64,000 nucleotides of DNA, from NCBI GenBank assembly GCA_000004985.1, contig GG738898.1; one strand, written 5' to 3'. Each line of letters starts with the position of its first letter. Position 1 is the stretch's first letter. This stretch comes from Naegleria gruberi. Taxonomy: Eukaryota. The position numbers were made by a program, and so were the translations under genes. This document shows, in pieces, positions 44,901 through 53,900 of this stretch. The notes beneath the pieces were generated by a model. The model saw nothing but the letters and a program-made list of their open reading frames with translations, searched no databases and was not told where the DNA came from.

Positions 44901-47900
44901 CAGAGCAAACACTGGATTGGTTATTCATTACACCAAAGCACTTGTAATTTTCACAATTGGATCCATAATAACCTGATTTACATTCACACAGATTGTAATC
45001 TTTACAAGAACCATGCGCAGAGCAAACATAAGAATCATTAGAAGCAATACCTGCACAATAGCTCTTTTCACAGTTGGTTCCAAAGTAGTGAGCTGAACAA
45101 GAACACTTATCGGCAGAGATACATTGGCCATGAGAGGAACAAACTGAGGAAACATTACTTAAAACTCCATTACATTGTGTTACTTCACAATGCTTGCCAA
45201 AATAATCCTTTAAACATGAGCAAGTCTCAATGTCAATACAAGTGCCCCTTCCTGAACAAACTTTAGTATCGGTACTGAGTGTACCATTGCATTTGAATAG
45301 TTCACATTTGCTTCCTGAGTAACCACTCTTACATGTACAGTTATTGAAATTAGAACAGGTACCATGAGAAGAACAAACTGAAGAGCTATTAGAAAGAGTT
45401 CCATAACATGAAGAAACCTGACAAGTTGAACCATAGTAATTTGCTGAGCAGATACAATTATTGAATGAGCTGCAATAACCATGTGAGTTACAAACACTTG
45501 GAGATGTTGAAAGTTGAGAGCCGCAGGTTGTAATCTCACATCTAGACCCCGAGTAATGATCTTGACACGTGCAAGTGTTTGGGGATGTACAATTTCCATG
45601 TGAGCTACACACAAGAGATGAATTGCCTGTTGTACCATTACATATTGGAATTTCACACCTACTTCCCAATGAATTTGATGAACAAGCACATGTATCAGTA
45701 TCTACACATGTTCCATAACCAGTGCACACTTTTGGAGATGTATTCTTGATGCCAAAACAATAGTGTTCTGAACAATTTTGCCCAAAGTTACCTTGAAGAC
45801 AAGAGCAATTATTAAACTCTCCACAAATTCCCTTTCCAGAACAAACAGAGCTAATGTTTGATAGGAATGAATAGCAAGAAGTAATTTCACATTGACTTCC
45901 CATGTAATTATTCAAACATGAGCATGTATTGAATCCAACACATGTTCCCCTTGATGAACAGACAGATGTATCATTACCAAGTTTTCCGTAACATTTAGAG
46001 ATGGAACAATTATTTCCGTAATAATTATTGGAACAAACACAAGTGTCAATATCCACACATGTTCCTCTTCCAGAGCAAGTCTTGTTCGAATAGTAAGGAA
46101 TGTCGTAGCACTTGTAATCAGAACATGTGCTGCCATAGTAGGTGTGATTACATTGACAATTATTGTAACTAATGCAGGAACCTCTTCCAGAGCATACATA
46201 CTTGCTGTTAGAGAAAACTCCAGAACAAGTAGTCAATTCACACCATTGTCCCAAATAGCCAGTTTTACAAAAACAAGTATCAGGTGCTATGCAACTACCA
46301 TGCGAATTACATACAGTGGTATCATTGGAAAGTGTTCCATTACATTGAACCACACTGCAATCCATTCCAGAATAGCCAATATTACATTTGCAAGTATCAG
46401 GACTAGTGCATGATCCTTGACCACTACAGACAAAGGTAGAATTGGATGAAGAAATTCCATAGCAACTTGTCTCCTCACAATACTCTCCAAAATATCCACT
46501 ATTGCATTCACAAACTTCGTTGGCAATGCATGAACCCCTTCCTGAACAAACAAAAGATTCATTATTACTTAGCATGCCATTGCAAATGTAGAGCGAACAA
46601 TCTGTTCCATAAGCTCCATAATTACACTTACAGCTGTTGTAGTCGATGCATTGTCCATTTCCAGAACATGTACTATTGTCATTGGAGTTGATACCATAGC
46701 ATTTTGTAAAGTTACAGCTGTTGCTTAAATATGGCTCAAATGGATCGAAACTCTTTGGTGGTTCAAATATGACACTCTCTAAAATAACATACGAGTTGAG
46801 AGCCCATATAGATCCAGCAACTGTTCCATGCACGTATAGATAGTCATCCTTGGTGGCTGATATAACAGTACCAGCTATTGGTTTTGTGGAAGAACCCCAC
46901 ACTTGTGATGAAGATCCAACCACCCAGTATAAATTTCTATGTGAGGCACAATTTAAAAAGGTAATACTTGAATTTGCATAATAGAGTGACGGAACCTTAA
47001 TTACTACTGGCTCTGTTCCAATAATAACAATATTTTGAGTTGGTTTTACAAACCAATTTGTTAAAAAACAAAGAACAGCTCCATTTCTAATGATTAGAGT
47101 TGAAGAGACATTGGTTGAGGTTAAGTATTGTGTACATGCCATATTTTGAATGAGATCAATTGATTTTGTCATTTCATCAACAAGCATCTGGCCAATTGGC
47201 TCAGAGGTCAAAACAATTGAAGCATTCTTATTTGGCAAGTACGGGAAGTATGAATATTCTTGTAATTCTAAAACCATACTAGCTGTCAATAACTGATACT
47301 CTCTTCCTATTGAGGAAATGACATGTTTTGAGCAGATCACTTTGTAACCGGCGAATATATCAGTCTTGAGTTTTTCGCAATTTTCACCTCCAAATCTATT
47401 TCCACATTGGCAAGAATTGAAATCAACACATTTTCCATTTCCAGAGCAAACATTGCTATCATTGGATGGGATACCGTGACATGAATTAATTTCACAGAAA
47501 GGACCATCATAATTAAGAAAACATTTGCAAATGTTGTAGTCTGTACAAGTACCATGTGAGCTACAAACTGAGGAAACATTTCCAAGAGTTCCATTACATG
47601 TTGTAATAGAACAATTTAAACCTAATCTGTTAGCTCCACATTGACATGTGTCTGGACTTGTGCATGAGCCATGGCCAGAGCACACTGAACTATTAAAATT
47701 ACTCACTCCAAAACAGTCATAATTGGAGCAATGGTTTCCATAGTATTTGTCTGAGCAGGTGCAATTTTCAAAAGAAGAACATTTTCCATGAGTAGAGCAA
47801 ACCAAAGAATCATTTGAAAAGATGTTTCCACATTTTGTTATATCACACTCCTGTCCATAGTAATGTTCTTCACAAGAACAATTGTTAAATGGCCAACAGA

Positions 47901-50900
47901 TTCCTCTTCTGTGGCATACCTCACTGTGATTGGAGAGAATTCCAAAACACAATGTCATTTGACAGAATTCTCCAAAATAATTTGAGGAACAATTGCACAT
48001 ATCATTAGCTGTACACGATCCATAACCATTGCAAACATTAGTGTCATTACTAAAAGTTCCATTACATTTAGAAATTTCACACTCATATCCAATGTAATGC
48101 TCAAAACAAGAACATGAATCTTTTTGAGAACAATTTCCTCTTCCACTACAAACAAAACTATTATTCATATTACTCACACCAAAGCATTCGAAATATTCAC
48201 ATTCAGAACCCGAATATCCAGGTTGGCAAGAACAATTATTGAAATCATTGCACTGCCCAAATCCCTTACAAACGAGTGAGGAGTTTTGTTGAATACCAAA
48301 GCAGGTTACAAACTCACAATATTTTCCGTAATACCCTTCTTTGCATTGGCATGTTTCTGGTGCAATGCAAGTTCCTCTTTCTCCATGACATTCTCCTATC
48401 GTACCATTACAAAGAGGTATTTCACACTCTGATCCTCCGTAGCCCAAAGTTGAATTGCAAGAACAGTTATTGGATGATATGCATTTACCTCGTTCATTAC
48501 AAACAAGTGGAGAGCTGTATGAATAATTTCCACACACATAGTCAGGCGCAATTTCCAAAATCGTAGTATTGGTACTGTTTGAAGGTTCTGAAATATTAAC
48601 CGAAAATGAACAATTCCCACACAAAGTTTGATTCCAATAAGTTTCATTGAGGGGATTGCTATTATTCGAAACTGTAATGTTTTGCTGCGTATTGGTACTG
48701 TTCATAGTAATGGTTTCATTTGAGAATAGAGTGGAAGAATTTAAAGTATAGTTTTCTGAGGGTGTACTATTGAAACCTAAAGTAGTACTATTGGTTTCCA
48801 CACATGATGAACAATTAGCTGTTGTATTGGAAGAAATACTCTCATTATAGATTGTAGAGTTGGATATTTCTAATGTGCTACTACTGGTTTGATTGTTAGA
48901 GATTTGATTATCAGAATTGTCTTCATGTTTGGTTTGATTGTTAGAATGGCTGGTTTGATTTTCACTTGAGGAGGAAAAATTCGATAGAATATTTGTGGAA
49001 TTATTTGTGAGAGTTTCATTCAAGGTTTGGTTGAATGTTTGAGAATTATCTTCCAATTCTCTTCCAAATTTGTGCGCTGAGTTGTTCAAAGTGCAATTAC
49101 TTCCCACTGGACAGTTTTCTAAAGCTGTCGCATTTTCCAGCAGAGAGCTAGTTGTCTCATTGAGTGATGAGGTATTAAGAGTGGTGGAGTTCTGAGAGAA
49201 TACAGTTCCATTCACTGTGTTATTTGACTGGAAAGAAGTGTTCCACGAAGCAATTTCACTACTGGAATTAGTTGTGCTCTCAAAAGTAGTGTTGAACGTG
49301 AACGTATGATTCGACAGAATTCCAGTGCTGTTCTCCAGACCTGTTTGATTGAAAATAATTGATGAGTTCATGCTGTTATTACAATCGGGAGATGTTACAT
49401 TGAGAGAGGTATTGATCCAAATCGTGCTGTTTCCTCCTTCATACGTATCAGAACTGTTGTAATGTTGAAGGATTGTTCCATTTGAGGTACTAGCATTATA
49501 ATTTTCACTGCTTGTAGTATTTTCCCAAACGGATGAATTGGAAAAGATAGTCGATTCGTTAGAGTAGGAAGTGAAATTCGATTGTGTGCCATTCCCCATG
49601 AACCATTCAGTTGAATTAGTAACAGATGTACTGTTCTTGTCTAAGGTTTCATTTGTACCATAAAGACAAGTATCACATGTGATGTTCAACACTGTGTAAT
49701 TGGAAAAGTTTGAAGAGTTACTAGTCAAACTCTGATTGGTGGCCAATTCGGTGTTGTTAAGACGAACATTTGAAAAATTTCCTGTAGAATTGCTTCCTAC
49801 TTCTAAGGAATTGTTGGTTACATTATTTGTACTGGTAGAATTATCAGAAATGGTGGTATTAGTATTAGTTCCAGTAGAATTATCCGAATCAGTTCCGTTT
49901 GTTTGACCAACAAAGTTAGTTCCATTATTTGATTCAGTAGTATTACTTGAAGAGGTGCCATTTGATGGAGTATTATTAATAGTTGAATTAGTGTTTGTTT
50001 CATTAGTATAAATAGTTCCATTATCCAATTCAGTAGAATTAGAAGAGAAAGGAATGGTTTCATTGAACGAAGTATGTTCGTTTGTAAGATTGTGATTTGT
50101 TATATTACTTTTGGTATTTTCTAACTTGGTTTGATTTACCATATTTGTAGCATTGAGCTGTGTATTGTTTGCTAAATTCGATGAACTATTAAGGGACAAG
50201 CTATTTGTCTCATTTGAAAGGATTGTGGAATTTATGACAGTTTGATTTTCTCCTTGAAATATTTCAGTTACTGTCCCATTATTGAATGGAGAGGTACTAT
50301 TCTCATAACTTTGGTTGTAAAAGCTTTGATTAGTGACAACGGAATAGTTTACAGTGGTGTGATTAAAGTCGTGAGTTATGTTGCCATGTACTACACTACT
50401 GTTGCTCACTGAATTATTCTCAGCCCTTTCAGTTATATTTAACACTGTAGAATTTCCTTCAGATTCACTAACTTTTCCTTTTGTTGGTATTGAATCATTA
50501 AGATTTTCACTGCCATTCTTTGAAATAGGATTACTTGAATTTGTAAGTTCCGTATTGTTTTCTGCTATTAAAGAAGTATTAGAAATACTGTGGTTTGTTT
50601 TTTCATGGTTTGTATTATTCAAAATGGTGCCATTAATTGTTTCATTCAAAGATATAATAGAGCTGTTACTACTTGTAAAGTTATGCATTTCTGTATCATT
50701 AAGCTGAGATCTGGTAATATTATTATAAATAGACTCATTAACAAATGATATCTGTGTTGCATTAAGAGATACAGAATTGTTAGACAATAGAGTATTATTC
50801 TCTTCGGAGTATCTCGTAAAGTTAGCATGGGTTTGATTAAGATTAGTACTATTTATCAGTGTGGAATTATTTTCATTCACTGTTCTATTCAATTCAGAAT

Positions 50901-53900
50901 GGTTATGTGGAGGTGTTTCAGTGCTGTTTTCTACAACTTTGTTTGAACTATTGCTGAATGTTGAATTCCACTGGTCAGTGACATTGAACGAAGTATTTGA
51001 AAGTGGATTTGTTGAATTGAGTAGACTTGAATTTGATACAGTACTTTGGTTGCCAAGGGAGGAGCTGTTCCCAAAGGTTTCTGTTCTGTTTACAAATTCG
51101 TTTGTGTTGTTATCCAAAGAGTTTGATCCTGTTATGTTACAGTTTGTATTATTTAAAGCAGCTGTAGTATTACTATTCTCTGTTGCATTAGCAAATCCGA
51201 AAGTGCCATTAGATAAGGAATTGTTGAAAGTTGCAGTATAACCCAAGTTTAGGGAATTGTTTGAATTTGTATTGGTGATGTTTCCTAATTGTGTACTTTC
51301 TGTGTAATTTAAATCATTCGTAGAATTAGAAGAAGTGAAATTCTGATTTGTACTGTTATTGGTATGTTCATTACTTGTATGGTTTGTTGTTGTGTTATTT
51401 TCCACCAATGAATTATTTAGTGCTGTAGTGTGATTTTGAACAAAAGTCTCATTGTTCAAGGTTTGTGTGTTATTTACACCAAATAAAGTCTCATTATTCC
51501 CTGATTTTCCTTCCAAAGTTTGATTCCTGGTTTCGTTTAAAAAACTTGAATTAGTGATAGCAGTATTATTTTCCAATACTGAAGATTGATTGTGTAACTT
51601 TGTGTTATTCTCAAATAGAGTGGTATTAATTGTCTGAGAATCGTCGATCATAGACGTTGCGTTAGTGTTAATTGTGAGATTCTCATTATTAACTGTAGAG
51701 TTTGTTTCAATACTGGGTACAGATGAGCTATTCTGATTCTCAGTTTGGTTGTACCTACTATGAAGAGACTCGTTCCCTATCATTGTTTTGTTTTCATTTA
51801 TCAGGGTGTCATTATTTACAAGAATTGTAGAACTAATAGATCCATTGAGGTACGTATCATTGAGTTGAAAGGTAGATTCATTAAGGAAGTTTAGACTTGA
51901 ATTCAAATTTGTATAGTTCACAGATATTGAAAGTGTTTGATTTTGTGATTTGATATTGACAAAAATGGAACTGTCATTCCTCAGAGTTTCGTTCAATGTT
52001 ACATTACCAACTGTGGTGACTTTGGTAGAATTTTCTGAAGAATTTCCATTCAAGAAACCGGTTTGGTTACTTATTGCCGTTCCATTTTCGGCAGGCATTG
52101 TTTGCTTTTCGAAAGTTGTAGTGTTGTTTTCAGCAAAACTATTATTTTCGGGCCTTGTGGTATTTTGAGTGGAAACTGTAATAGACATATTGCTAGAAAT
52201 TTCTCTGGTGATGTTGGAGTTTGTCATATTAGGATTAGTATTTGCCAAGTTATTAACCACTGAGCCGTTTTCCTGCAACGTTTGATTTCTTGTTTCCAAG
52301 CTGTCATCAGATCTAGATGTCGAGTTACTAGCAATACTGGTATTTGTTATTGAAATAGTTGTGACATTACTTTGTTCAGTGTTGTTCCAATTGGTTGAGT
52401 TCATTGTTTTGTTGCTTTCAAGGTTTTCTAGTGTTAAGTTCTTTGAAGACGTTTCATTAAGAAAAACGGTTTTGTTTGTAATAGTATCTTGTGAAGAATT
52501 ACCTCCGTTAGTATTATTGCTAGTGGTGATATTGAAAGATTCTGTGCGATTGATAAATAAATCAGAAGTGTTGTTTAGCACAAGCAATGAACTGTTAAGG
52601 TTAGTGGAGTTCTCAAGTGTTATGGTTGAATTGATTGAGATTGTTGAATCATCCAAAACAAACTGGTTTGTATTATTCAAATCTGTTGAATTACTTGTTT
52701 CATTCACCAATAATACGGAGGTATTAGAATAGCTATTGGAGAGTGTGTTATTCTCAATAGCATCAGTTGTATTTAAGCCTGTTGAATTCACAATTGATAA
52801 ACCTGATTCGTTAGAATGGTTTGAATAGTTATCAAACTTTGAGCTGTTGCTCCCGGTTAATGAAAAGTTGGCTACATCATTAAAAGTTGAATTATTAACA
52901 AGACCATGTGATTGACCCGAGGGACCGCTAATTGTTTGGTTTTCTGGGAAATGACTAGTGTTGAGCCTTGTTGTATAATTTGAATCAAGAGTGTTATTAG
53001 AAATAATGTCTGAACTAGCATTATTGGAAATTCTTGTACTATTCCCAGTGGTCATGGTACAGTTATTTGAATCATTAGAAGTAATATTTGAAACAGTACT
53101 ATTTGAAATTGTTGAATTGTTCACTGTTTCATTTCCTTGCTTAGTAGCTATGGTTGCATTCAAATCAACAGAGGAGTTGGATGGAACACTTGGAATATTA
53201 GATTCGTTTGAAAAATTTGTAATATTATCAAACCTAGAGCTGTTTCTCCCATTCAAAGTTGAGTTTGTAAGGTTATTAAATGTTGAATTCTCGAATGTCG
53301 ATAGGTTACTCCCACTCAGTGACGAGTTGGTAACATCTTTTAAGGTTGAATTATTAACTGAAGTAATGTTGGTTTCATTCTCAATACCAAATGATTGATT
53401 TGAGGGACTACCACTATTTGATAATGTTTGGTTTTCGGAGCTATAACTCGTGTTCACACTAGTTGCATTTTTTGAATCAACAGTGTTATTATTAGTCATG
53501 TTTGAACTAGTATTAGATAGTATTGTATTGTTAAAAGTTTCATTTCCTTTTTGTATAACAGTTGAATTCAATTCTAAAGTAGTATAGTATATACTTGTAT
53601 CATTTTGTTCAATAGATGAATTATTTGATAAGACGGTCTCATTTAGAATAACAGATCGATTATTCCAAGTACTGTCACTTGCATTTGTTTCATTTAGTGT
53701 GACAGTTACGTTATATGTCAGACTTGTATTGAAACTGGTCTCATTCTTAATTTGTCCATAAGAATTGTTCATTGAGGATGTTTCATTTGGATGAATTAAA
53801 GTCTCATTAACATTTACATCTGATTGGTTTGATGCTGTGTAAGTACTATTCCTTCCTGGACCAGTAGAGTTATTGAAAGTCGTCTCGTTGTTAGATGTTG